64,000 bases of DNA from an uncultured delta proteobacterium (lineage in GTDB: Bacteria; Desulfobacterota; Binatia; JACPRU01), in the NCBI GenBank assembly GCA_963745025.1, contig CAVUWD010000008.1:220854-284853 (forward strand), read 5' to 3'. The position numbers were made by a program, and so were the translations under genes. Shown one piece after another: positions 48,723-58,272 of the stretch. Below the pieces are notes generated by a model. It searched no databases and was not told the DNA's origin. It saw only the letters and a program-made list of their open reading frames with translations. Position 1 is the stretch's first letter; each line of letters begins with the position of its first letter.

Positions 48723-51221
48723 TCACTCGGGTAACAGGAATGAAGGCAGGGCCCAGTCGGCGTGATCGCATTCGATACCGTTCCCTCCGTCGGTGACGGC
48801 GAGAGTGATCTGCGTGGCGCCGTGGAGGTCGACGCGAATGGGCAACGCAGGGGTCGATGGGTCTACGAGCCCACTATCGTAGAGCAGCGCATAGTCCGGG
48901 CCACGAACTTCAAAGGTCACGGACGCTCTCGTGCACTCTCTGACGCCATCATCGATTCCGACGATGGCTTGCAATTCCTTCGCGCCGGCCGGCACCGCAT
49001 AGGTCATCTTGGTCCACGCATGCGTTACGAGGCCATCAGGATACGACACTCCGCCGAGTAGCACGGGCGGTCCGTTGCCATTGCGGCGGGTCTTCGGTGC
49101 CTGGGATCCGAATTGCACATTGAGCGGATCGAGATCAGCGAGCGGGACTTGTGGCCCACCACGCAAAGGAATTGGCGTCGGGGTCGGCGGGACGGCAATG
49201 ATCGGCAATGGGCTTACGTCCGCGTCCGGTACGCCGGTAATTGCGGCGCCACTGTCGATGCGGATAAACCGCATCCCATCCGCCGTGCGCTCCGCGACGC
49301 GGAGCCCGCGCGCCTGCATTGAGGCGGCCGCCTTGCGAAAATTGTTGGCCGGTGCCAGAAGGATGGTGGAGTGCTCGGCCTCGCGCTGCAGATCGCGCAG
49401 GTACGGTTCCGACGGTGCGCGACCGGCGGTGTTCACTACGTTGTCGACCAGCCCCCGGTACAGCAACTTACCCTGCCAGCGCAAATCATGGCGCATACGC
49501 TCAAGCATGCCAAGTTGGATCAGGGCCACGCCGCGGCCATCCCCGTCGCTTCCCAATTGCACGGCGCCCGGTATCCTCATGATCTCGTCCAGGATCGCTA
49601 GACTGGCTTTGGGCTCCGGTGGTTGCGCGAGATACAGCAAGCTCACATTGTTCAACACCCCGGCCAGAATCAATATCCCTGTGAGCACGTGCTGCACGAG
49701 CGCCGGTACGGCCGCACGGCCCATGAGCAGCGCCGCTTCTCGGACGCCCATTGCGCCCCACAACGACAGAGGGATGATGAACAGTATGATGCGGTGCGCG
49801 TCGACGCGATTGGTGAGCAGCAGCGCCACCGTTGTGGCCGCGACCCACATCAGCAGACACTGGTGTTTCCACGAGCGCCACCGCGACACAGACAAAAGAA
49901 AACCCCACGCGATGAAGAGCGCGGCGGGGGGATCATAGAGAGGCAGCGGTGGTGGATCCTGCTGAAACATCGCGCCGCCCGTTTCTTCGAGGTTCGGCGC
50001 GAGCAGTCGCGTATACTGAGGAATGGTTGTCTGCAGCGTGTGCCGGAGGAGCTCGATTTTGTCCGCCAGCATTACGTCGGCGGCCGTGCGTGGATTGTTG
50101 CGGAGCTTATGGCCGAGCAGCCCTTCGATCGTGCCGGGGCTCTCAAGCTGCGCGAAGTATTGTTCGCCGCGCGCGCTCAGGAACGCCCCGCGCCTCTGGA
50201 ACGCCCCTTCGAGATGCCAGACTCCGAGAGCCGCCACAATGATGACGGCGAGACCGAACGCCCGCGACCAGCCAAGTTGCCGCCACTGGACGACGGTCGT
50301 GAGCACTATAAACGCGAGTAGGATCACCACCACGAGGCGCGCGGGCGAGTATTGCAACGTCGCCACGTACAGCGCCGCGGCGCACGGCACGGCTGTCCAC
50401 CAGGCGGTCCCTGTGGCGTCTAGAAACGACCAGGTCGCATAGGCCGCCAGCAAGACGGCCAGGATGGTTCCAGCCGGTGAGCTGCCATAGCGGCCGTAGA
50501 AAATCACCGCCGGATTGATCAAGAATAGAACCGCAACGGCGGCGCCGATCATTGGACAGAAGAAACGTCGGCCAAATGCATAGATGACCGCGATAGAGAG
50601 CAGTGTGGCAATGGCAGCAAAGACACGTAGATTCCACGGCGTGAATCCGGCCACATGGAAGAGAGCGTAAGTCGGTGCACCATAGAAGAGACTCGTATGC
50701 CCACCGCTCAACACGCCAGCATCCCACAGAAGCCGTTCCGCGGCATAAGTCGGCACACGTTGACCGCCTATGAAAGCTTCGGCGAATCCCTCGACCACCG
50801 GTGCCTCCCAGACCACCATCTGGCCTGCGTAGTCACCGAGGTTGTCGAACAGTAGCACGGTGGCAAGAAACAGTGCCGCGGTGCGGCAACGGCTCGCGGT
50901 AGGCGTGCTGAGATCCCCTGCGCAACTCGGTTCGCTGGGGTCCCGGCGGCGACGTGTCACCTCGACGATCAACGCAATGCCCGCTACTCCAGTGGCGGCA
51001 TATTGCGGCCATGGTGCCAGATGCTCGCGGGACAGCGGCCAGAGCGCCGCCGCGCCCGCGAGCACGAACACAATCGCGGGCCAGGCTCGCCGCAACATCT
51101 TTGGCCTTCGCCACCACGCGAAGACTAGCGTCAGCAGTGTCCCCAGCATCAGCGCAGCAGCGCTGACCGCATGCGGAGAGAGCGCAGCGGTGAGTTTATG
51201 TATCTCCGCGACCGGGAGCAT
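48723..51221 (-). CDS. GT-C glycosyltransferase with C-terminal NPCBM/NEW2 carbohydrate-binding module
   Basis: HVAGFTPWNLRVFAA..LLSIAVIYAFGRRF, INPAVIFYGR, YSPARL; PTPTP linker; GLVTHA...IVGIDD...SVTFEV...DSG...VTDGGNGIECDHADWA. Confidence 0.85.
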   Translation of the reverse strand: MLPVAEIHKLTAALSPHAVSAAALMLGTLLTLVFAWWRRPKMLRRAWPAIVFVLAGAAALWPLSREHLAPWPQYAATGVAGIALIVEVTRRRRDPSEPSCAGDLSTPTASRCRTAALFLATVLLFDNLGDYAGQMVVWEAPVVEGFAEAFIGGQRVPTYAAERLLWDAGVLSGGHTSLFYGAPTYALFHVAGFTPWNLRVFAAIATLLSIAVIYAFGRRFFCPMIGAAVAVLFLINPAVIFYGRYGSSPAGTILAVLLAAYATWSFLDATGTAWWTAVPCAAALYVATLQYSPARLVVVILLAFIVLTTVVQWRQLGWSRAFGLAVIIVAALGVWHLEGAFQRRGAFLSARGEQYFAQLESPGTIEGLLGHKLRNNPRTAADVMLADKIELLRHTLQTTIPQYTRLLAPNLEETGGAMFQQDPPPLPLYDPPAALFIAWGFLLSVSRWRSWKHQCLLMWVAATTVALLLTNRVDAHRIILFIIPLSLWGAMGVREAALLMGRAAVPALVQHVLTGILILAGVLNNVSLLYLAQPPEPKASLAILDEIMRIPGAVQLGSDGDGRGVALIQLGMLERMRHDLRWQGKLLYRGLVDNVVNTAGRAPSEPYLRDLQREAEHSTILLAPANNFRKAAASMQARGLRVAERTADGMRFIRIDSGAAITGVPDADVSPLPIIAVPPTPTPIPLRGGPQVPLADLDPLNVQFGSQAPKTRRNGNGPPVLLGGVSYPDGLVTHAWTKMTYAVPAGAKELQAIVGIDDGVRECTRASVTFEVRGPDYALLYDSGLVDPSTPALPIRVDLHGATQITLAVTDGGNGIECDHADWALPSFLLPE

Positions 51222-51676
51222 TTTGAGGCGTTGGCCTGATGATTTTCACGACCGGTGGCGTGGCCAAAGGTGACATTACGACTGATCCGAAAGCGCGTTC
51301 ATGAATGACAAATCAGCGGAGCGGAAACCAAGGGCCTCGGCGCGGTTTAGAGAGGTACGCCCCGCGCAACTCTAGCCGCGCACGCGGGCCCCCAAGAATG
51401 ATGCTCACGGTATCGTCTCTTACGCGTTGCTTTCAACCGGATCTGCGTACCAGGGCGGAGCGAGGAGGATTCCCTCGGAACGAACCGTCGCCACACCCTT
51501 CGCGCGGCAACGCCGTGGTCGCCGGCGGGTTCGGGGCATAGCGGCAGGCAGGCCTGCCGTGAGGAATGCCGCCGCTATTGGCACCGGATGCTGCATGGCG
51601 TCCAAAGCGGCCCCCGAACTCTCGAAGGCCCGAAAAAGCTGGAAAGGGTACCGTCGGCCGGCTATTATGGCTTGAT

Positions 51677-52210
51677 ATGGTACATGCGCGCTTTCGAACA
51701 CTCCTCCTGCTCTTACTCCTCGCCCCCACCCTCGGCTGCCACCGCAGCCCGGACCCGGCCAAGAAAGCAGCCGAGCTCCTCGAGAAGTCCCAGGGGGACG
51801 ACGATTGGGCGCGCGCCTACTGGAAGAAAGAGGCGAAGAACTGGGACCTCGGGCTCAAGGCCACGGTCGCCTGGAAGGGCCCCGACTCGACCGCCACCGT
51901 CGAAACGATTCGTGACCTCCGGACCGAGGATCTTCTCGGCTGCCTGCCGAAGGACTTCTCCGCGCCGGTTTACTTTCAAACCTCGGTCGCGGTCGCGAAG
52001 TCCGACAAGGGCCTGGTCGCCGTATTCCACTGGCTCGATCTCGACGCGGCCACTGCGGGTCAGAAAAAGGTGCAGGCCGTCGTCGCGGCCACGCAGGGCG
52101 ACGAACAGAAGCTCTACGAGGCGATCCAGCACGAGCCGTTGCTCGACAAGGCGTGCGTGAGGTTCGCCGGCAGACGAGAGCTCTGCGGAGGCGGCACGTC
52201 GGAGGGGTAG
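51677..52210 (+). CDS. Putative lipoprotein
   Basis: MVHARFRTLLLLLLLAPTLG-C lipobox; host-like codon usage. Confidence 0.7.
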   Translation: MVHARFRTLLLLLLLAPTLGCHRSPDPAKKAAELLEKSQGDDDWARAYWKKEAKNWDLGLKATVAWKGPDSTATVETIRDLRTEDLLGCLPKDFSAPVYFQTSVAVAKSDKGLVAVFHWLDLDAATAGQKKVQAVVAATQGDEQKLYEAIQHEPLLDKACVRFAGRRELCGGGTSEG

Positions 52211-52231
52211 CCGGCCGCTCGCGACGCGCGT

Positions 52232-53353
52232 TCAAGTCGGGGCGCCGGCGTCGGCGGCCTCTTTTCTTCGCTCGATGTCGCCGAGCGAGAGTCCTTCGCG
52301 CGCCATGAAGTATCCTCCCCACGCGGTGATCGGCACGATGATGATCGAGTGCACGACGAGAACGTAGGCGATGGCCGCCGGTTCGGGAACCCGCAGGAAC
52401 TTGAGATAACCCACCCCGGCGACCTCAAAGGGCCCCCATCCTCCCGGTGAGGACGGCACCATGATTGCGAGGTTCACGAGCGCCATGAGGATCAGGATCG
52501 AGCCGAAGCTCGGCGTGAGATGAAAGCCCTGGGCGACGAGGTAGTAAGTGGAGCCCTCGAGCATCCAGGCGAGGAGCGAGAGCGCAAACACTCGGACGAG
52601 ATCGACCCAGCTGCGGAGCACCTCGAGCCCGGAGACGAAGCGGTGAAGAATGTCTTCGACCTTGGTGTGCAGTGTTCCCGGGAGCTGCTTCGCCAGGCGG
52701 GTGGCGAGCGCGAGCGAGCGTTCCTTGAAATGAATCGCGGCGAACGCGGCGAGGAGCAATCCCGCGAAGATCCCGGTCGCGACCAGAATGCTCAGCCGGA
52801 TCCAGTGGTAGAACTCGGCTCCGCTGTGGCCGAAGATCACGAAAGTGGGATCCATGACCACGCGCTCGACGCGCGTCGAGAGAAACGCCGATGCGATGCC
52901 GAAGATCGCCAGCATCGTGAGCCCGTCGAAGATCCGCTCGAGGACGACGGTGGCGAAGGAAGCGGAGCGCGAGATGCCGAGCCGCTCTCCGGCAAGGTAG
53001 GGGCGGATGAACTCGCCGGCTCGCCCCGGGAGCACGTTGTTGGCCATGAACCCGATCACCAGGTAGGGCAGCAACGCTCGGGTTGGAACGCGCCGCACCG
53101 GCGCCAGAAGATGGTGCCAGCGTAGCCCGCGGACGAGATAGCCGGTGATGAAGACGGGGAGGGCGATCAGGATCCAGCGGTAGTCCGCCTGCAGAAGCGC
53201 CGCGCCCAGAGCCGCCCAGTCGGTCTCGCGGAAGAGAAAGAAGAGGCACGCGGCCGCGATCGCGAGGCCGACCCACACCCGCTTCGATCTAAGCGCCGCG
53301 TGTGCCATCGAGGTCTTCACGCTCCGGAAGGGAGGCTGCGCATCGCTTTCCAT
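52232..53353 (-). CDS. UPF0104 / LPG-synthase TM-domain flippase-like protein (start may be 53308)
   Basis: RGLRWHHLL, IGFMANNVLPGRAGEFIR, VVLERIFD, VPSSPGGWGPFE. Confidence 0.9.
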   Translation of the reverse strand: MESDAQPPFRSVKTSMAHAALRSKRVWVGLAIAAACLFFLFRETDWAALGAALLQADYRWILIALPVFITGYLVRGLRWHHLLAPVRRVPTRALLPYLVIGFMANNVLPGRAGEFIRPYLAGERLGISRSASFATVVLERIFDGLTMLAIFGIASAFLSTRVERVVMDPTFVIFGHSGAEFYHWIRLSILVATGIFAGLLLAAFAAIHFKERSLALATRLAKQLPGTLHTKVEDILHRFVSGLEVLRSWVDLVRVFALSLLAWMLEGSTYYLVAQGFHLTPSFGSILILMALVNLAIMVPSSPGGWGPFEVAGVGYLKFLRVPEPAAIAYVLVVHSIIIVPITAWGGYFMAREGLSLGDIERRKEAADAGAPT

Positions 53354-53422
53354 CACGCCGCGATTGTTGGAAGATTTCGCGCAATCCGCTAACGAACCCG
53401 CTCACGCATAGACGGACCCTTC

Positions 53423-56400
53423 ATGAGACGACATCGAGCGCTGCTCACGATCCTGATCCTCGCCTCGGTTCTCCGCTTCTACGGCGTCGCGTGGGACGAA
53501 GGGCGGGGCGTCCATCCCGACGAGCGGCGGATCGAGTTCGCCATCGAGGAGATCTCCTTCGCCAAGCTCCAGCTGAATCCTCATTTCTTCGCCTACGGAT
53601 CGTTTCCGATCTACGTCCAGAGCGCGTGGACGTCCATCGTCGGAGCGCCTTTGGGAAGGAGCTGGCAAGGCTTCGACGGCCGTATGGTCATCGGTCGCGC
53701 GCTTTCCGCCCTGGTCGGTGTCGCGATGGTCGCCTGGGTCTACGCGCTCGGCGCGCGGCTCTCGGGGCGAGAATGCGGGCTTCTCGCCGCGCTCTTCCTT
53801 TCCGTCGCGGTTTTGCCGATCCAGCATTCCCATTTCATCACCTTCGATCTCTATCAGGCGCTGATCGCGCTCGTGGCCTTGGAGCGACTGGTGGCCTTCG
53901 CGCAGGATCGACGGCGAAGAGACCTGTGGATCGCCGCTGCGGTCGTCGGCCTCGCCCTCGCCACCAAGGCGAGCAGCGCGCCGCTCGTACTTCCGCTCGC
54001 GGTCGGCGCGCTCGTCGTTCGACCGAGTGAGTCCAAGTCGGGAATCCTGCGGCGGCTCGGGTCGCTTCTCGCCGCGCTCTCCATCAGTAGCGGATTCTTC
54101 CTGCTCGGCGAGCCCTATGCGCTCTTCGATCCCCAGTTCCTCCACGACATCCGCGAGCAGAGCGAGATGGTGCGCCACCCGGGAAACATGCCCTACACCA
54201 TTCAGTACCTCGGCACCGTGCCCTATCTCGACGACCTGCGGCAAGCCTTCACCTGGGGAATGGGGCCGGCCCTCGGGCTCGTCGCGGCGCTCGGGACGCT
54301 CGCCGCCCTGCGGCGCGTGGTTCGCGAGCCGACGACCGGCGAGATCCTCGTCCTGCTCTTCTTCGTCCCCTATCTGCTCATCACCGGATGGTTCCCCGTC
54401 AAGTTCATGCGCTACCTGCTGCCGCTCTACCCGCTGTGGTGCGTGTTCGCGGCCCGCATTCTCGTCGTCGGCCCGGAGCCGCGGTTTCGCAGCGTGCGGA
54501 GGATCGCCGCCGTCGTGGTGGCCGTCCTCACGCTCGGCTACGCCCTCGCATTCGCCAACGTCTTTTCCCGACCCCACGTCTGGATCACGGCCTCGAGCTG
54601 GATATATCGTCAGGTGCCTGCGGGGTCGACCCTGCTCCTGCCGCATTGGGAGGAAGGCCTGCCGCTGTCGTTCCCCGGCCACGAGATCCGCCGCTATCAG
54701 ATCGTCCAGCTCCCTTTCTACGAGGCGGACGATGCGAAGAAGCTGGCGACGATGTCGGCGGATCTCGCCAAAGGCGACGTCCTCATCTTCCCGAGCAAGA
54801 GGATTCCGGGATCGATCACCAACGCGCCGGAGCGCTACCCGCAGACCAACCGCCTTCTGCAACTGCTCTACGCGGGTGATCTCGGTTACCGGTTGGAGGC
54901 GAGCTTCGCGTCCCGTCCGAGCCTCTTCGGCTTCGAGCTGAACGACGACTTCTCGGACGAATCGTTCACCGTCTACGACCATCCGAAGACGTTGATCTTC
55001 CGGAAGACCGAGGCGCTTTCGGCCGAGGAGATCGCGCAGCGAATCTCCTCGCGGCTGCCGTCCACGCCGATCACGCGCGCGCAAATCCTCGGCGCCGGCG
55101 CCGAAGCCCCGCCGCCGCGGGAGGGAGCCGCGCCGGTCGGAATCGAGTCGAGCGCCGTCGCGCTCGCGCTCTGGCTCGCGGCGCTCGTCGCGCTCGAGAC
55201 CCTCGGGCGGCGGCTTCTCGCGCCGCTCCTGCGCGGCGTGTCGGCCGCGACGATCGGTGGTCTCGGGCCCGTCTTCGGCTACCTGATCTTCGTCTACGTC
55301 GCGTGGCTCTCGACCGCGATCGGCGCCCTGCCGTTCTCGCGGTCGATCGTGCTCCTCGAGCTCGCGCTGCTTCTCGTTCTCGCCTGGCGCCTTCGTCCGA
55401 CCGAGAGCGACGCGACCGCGAGGCTCGTCTTTTACGGCTCCTTCCTGTTCTTTCTCGCGATCCGCGCCGGCAACCCGGAAGTCTTCTGGGGAGAGAAGCC
55501 CATGGACTTCTCGTTCCTGAACGCGCTCTACCGGACGACGAACCTGCCGCCGCCGGAGCCCTGGATGTCGGGGCGGCCGATCAACTATCCGTATTTCGGC
55601 CACTTCGGCGTCGCGGCGCTCGGCAAGCTCACGCACGTCGCGCCCGCTCTCGCGTTCAATCTCGGCATCGCCACGATCGCGGCGTTCACCGCGGCAGCGG
55701 CGTTCGGCCTCGGCGCGCTGCTCTCCGGCCGGCGCATCGGCGGACTCGCGGCGGCGGCGCTGATGACGTTCGCCGGGAACCTCGCCGGGCCCCTCGAATA
55801 CCATCTCCGCCGGAACGTAGGCTTCGACTATTTCTGGGCGACGTCTCGCGTGATCGCCGACACGATCAACGAGTTTCCGCTGTGGAGCTTTCTGTTCGCC
55901 GATCTCCACGCGCACGTCATGGCGCTGCCGCTGTCGCTCCTCTTTCTCGCCTTCGCGTGCGCGTGGCTTTCAGGAGCGCGCGGCGTCCGCGTCGTCATCG
56001 CGATGTCTCTCGCGCTCGGCGCCGTGGCGGTGACGAACACCTGGAGCTTTCCGGTCCAGGCGGGCGCGATCGTCGGTCTCGCGGCGGTCTCGGCCCTCGT
56101 CGAGCGGCGGCCGACGCGCGTCTTCGCCGCCGGGCTCGCGATCGCCGCGTCGTTTCTCTGGTTCGCGCCGTTCTGGAGCCGCTTCGTTTCTCCTCCGCAC
56201 AATTGGGGCTGGGAGAGGGAGGGCGCGCCGCTCGGCGGCGTGCTGCTGATCTTCGGCTTGTTCCTGCTCGTGCTGCTCCGCGCGTTCCTCGTCATCCGCC
56301 GGCGGCGCTCGCTCGCGACGCGCATCTTGCTGCTGCTCCTGCTTTTCGGCGCGGCGGTCGCGGCTGTTTTCTCCACGCGCGTCGCGTTCGCTTTTCTCGG

Positions 56401-58186
56401 CGCGACCTTGGTGCTCGCGGCATTCACGGAACAGGCGACGGCCGGCCGTCTTTGCTTCGTCCTCGCCGCCGGAGCCGCGTGGCTCGGCGCGGCTGCCGAC
56501 ACCGTCTTTCTCTGGGATCGCATGAACACGATCTTCAAGCTCTACCTGGAGATGTGGACGTTCCTGGCGATCGCCTGCTCCTTCTGGCTCGGCGCCGTCA
56601 CGCTGGAGGAGCTGTCGCGGACGACGCGGCGGCTCTGGGCGGCGGCATTCGCGGTGGCGCTGCTCGCGTCGGGCTTCACGGCCGTCACCGACGTCGCGGG
56701 AGTGCTCCGTACGCGGCGCGTTCCGGGTCCGCGCCCCACGTTGAACGGCCTCGCGTATCTCGACGCCTACGATCCTCAGGAAGCCGACGCCATCCGCTGG
56801 CTGAACCACCAGGTCCGCGGAGTCCAGGTGCTCCTGGAGGCGCACGGCAGCTCGTATCAGGAATTCGGCCGCGTCTCGATGAACACGGGCCTGCCGACGA
56901 TTCTCGGCTGGGACTACCACCTCTCGCAGCGCGCCGAGCCTTGGGAAGACATCAACCGCCGCAAGGAAGACGTGAAAGCATTGTACCTCAGCCAGGATCG
57001 GCAGGAGGTCGAGAGCCTCATCGACCGCTACCACCTCGCGATCGTGTACGCGGGCCGTCTCGAGGAGCGGACCTACGGACGGAAAGCGCTCGCGAAGTTC
57101 GCGGAATGGGATGATCTCTTCCAGCCGATCTTCTCGAACGAAAGGGTCGGGATTTTCGCCGTCGCGAGATACTTCCGCTGGGATGCGGGCATCATGCCTC
57201 TCGAGAGCATCGTGCCGCGCAGCGCTGCGGAGCAACAACCGCAGGCGCAAGCAGAGGCGAAGCCCGGGGATCTCTTGCAACCCCGCGGGATCGCCGCCGA
57301 CAGCAAGGGAAACCTTTGGGTCGTCGACTTCGGGCACGCCAAGATCCAGTCGTTCAGTCCTGACCTCAAGCCGCTGCGGAGCTTCGGCAAGAGCGGTCAA
57401 GAGGCCGGAGAGTTCCGCGACCCCTGCGGCATCGCCATCGGACCCGATGATCGCGTTTACGTGGCCGACACCTGGAACGGCCGCGTTCAGGTCTTCAATC
57501 CCGATGGCCGCTTCGAGCGCGAGTGGTCGAAAGATTTCTTCGGACCAAGGGGCATCGCGGTCGACGCGCAGAGCAACGTCTTCATCGCCGACACCGGAAA
57601 CGGCCGGATTCTCAAGTTCACCTCCAAGGGCGAGGAGCTCTGGCGCGTTGGAACGAAGGGAAACGGGCAGGGACAGTTCAACGAGCCGGTCGGGATCGCG
57701 GTCGGCGGCGACGGGCGAATCTACGTCGCCGACGCGGGGAATCAGCGAATCGTCGTCCTCGATCCATCCGGCGCCCCGCTGGAGAACTGGCCGGTGCCGG
57801 GATGGGACAAGCAAGATTTTCGCGAGCCGTACCTGGCGCTGCTTCCAGATGGCCGTGTCGTCGCCGCCGATCCGACGAAGGATCGGTTGTATTATTTCCA
57901 GCCGAACGGTCGTTTCGCGGCGGAGCAGCCGTTCGCTAACGATTCGGCGCCGGTCGGCGTCGCCGTCGGGGCCGAAGGTCAGCTGTTCGTGACCGAGTTG
58001 AAGAAGGGTCGGAGTGTCCCTCGTGACGCCCCCGTGAAATTCGTGTGTCCGGCCCGCGCTCTCCAGCTCTCGCCCGGCAAAAATCCTCTTCGAGAACGAA
58101 ATCTTAGATCGCTTCGCCACTGGGCGACAGCTTCTCTTCAGTGCCTTGGTTCTGCCCCTCCGATCATGCTAATCTTTGTGGTCTGA
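53423..58186 (+). CDS. Three-part fusion: PMT-like GT-C + DUF2298 (YYY membrane protein) + NHL-repeat propeller; true stop may be near 58037
   Basis: HPDERRI, NPHFFAYGSFPIY, KFMRYLLP, DESFTVYDHP; GEKPMDFSFLNA, INEFPLWSFLFADLHAH, RMNTIFKLY, TGLPTILGW; PRGIAVD / YVADTWNGRVQVF repeats. Confidence 0.9.
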   Translation: MRRHRALLTILILASVLRFYGVAWDEGRGVHPDERRIEFAIEEISFAKLQLNPHFFAYGSFPIYVQSAWTSIVGAPLGRSWQGFDGRMVIGRALSALVGVAMVAWVYALGARLSGRECGLLAALFLSVAVLPIQHSHFITFDLYQALIALVALERLVAFAQDRRRRDLWIAAAVVGLALATKASSAPLVLPLAVGALVVRPSESKSGILRRLGSLLAALSISSGFFLLGEPYALFDPQFLHDIREQSEMVRHPGNMPYTIQYLGTVPYLDDLRQAFTWGMGPALGLVAALGTLAALRRVVREPTTGEILVLLFFVPYLLITGWFPVKFMRYLLPLYPLWCVFAARILVVGPEPRFRSVRRIAAVVVAVLTLGYALAFANVFSRPHVWITASSWIYRQVPAGSTLLLPHWEEGLPLSFPGHEIRRYQIVQLPFYEADDAKKLATMSADLAKGDVLIFPSKRIPGSITNAPERYPQTNRLLQLLYAGDLGYRLEASFASRPSLFGFELNDDFSDESFTVYDHPKTLIFRKTEALSAEEIAQRISSRLPSTPITRAQILGAGAEAPPPREGAAPVGIESSAVALALWLAALVALETLGRRLLAPLLRGVSAATIGGLGPVFGYLIFVYVAWLSTAIGALPFSRSIVLLELALLLVLAWRLRPTESDATARLVFYGSFLFFLAIRAGNPEVFWGEKPMDFSFLNALYRTTNLPPPEPWMSGRPINYPYFGHFGVAALGKLTHVAPALAFNLGIATIAAFTAAAAFGLGALLSGRRIGGLAAAALMTFAGNLAGPLEYHLRRNVGFDYFWATSRVIADTINEFPLWSFLFADLHAHVMALPLSLLFLAFACAWLSGARGVRVVIAMSLALGAVAVTNTWSFPVQAGAIVGLAAVSALVERRPTRVFAAGLAIAASFLWFAPFWSRFVSPPHNWGWEREGAPLGGVLLIFGLFLLVLLRAFLVIRRRRSLATRILLLLLLFGAAVAAVFSTRVAFAFLGATLVLAAFTEQATAGRLCFVLAAGAAWLGAAADTVFLWDRMNTIFKLYLEMWTFLAIACSFWLGAVTLEELSRTTRRLWAAAFAVALLASGFTAVTDVAGVLRTRRVPGPRPTLNGLAYLDAYDPQEADAIRWLNHQVRGVQVLLEAHGSSYQEFGRVSMNTGLPTILGWDYHLSQRAEPWEDINRRKEDVKALYLSQDRQEVESLIDRYHLAIVYAGRLEERTYGRKALAKFAEWDDLFQPIFSNERVGIFAVARYFRWDAGIMPLESIVPRSAAEQQPQAQAEAKPGDLLQPRGIAADSKGNLWVVDFGHAKIQSFSPDLKPLRSFGKSGQEAGEFRDPCGIAIGPDDRVYVADTWNGRVQVFNPDGRFEREWSKDFFGPRGIAVDAQSNVFIADTGNGRILKFTSKGEELWRVGTKGNGQGQFNEPVGIAVGGDGRIYVADAGNQRIVVLDPSGAPLENWPVPGWDKQDFREPYLALLPDGRVVAADPTKDRLYYFQPNGRFAAEQPFANDSAPVGVAVGAEGQLFVTELKKGRSVPRDAPVKFVCPARALQLSPGKNPLRERNLRSLRHWATASLQCLGSAPPIMLIFVV

Positions 58187-58272
58187 CGTGGGCAGGTCGG
58201 ATGCGGCGCGAGCGAGTCAGATTCTCGACTTTTTCCTACCATCGGGTAGGAGCCGGCTGCTAGACTAGAAAG

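Noticed and set aside
31320-51560. Integron cassette array
   Set aside because: Genes alternate in orientation, I found no recurring attC-like palindromes between them, and there is no integrase.
51305-51560. Short ORFs or gene remnant between the NPCBM gene and the lipoprotein
   Set aside because: No recognisable family or consistent coding signal.
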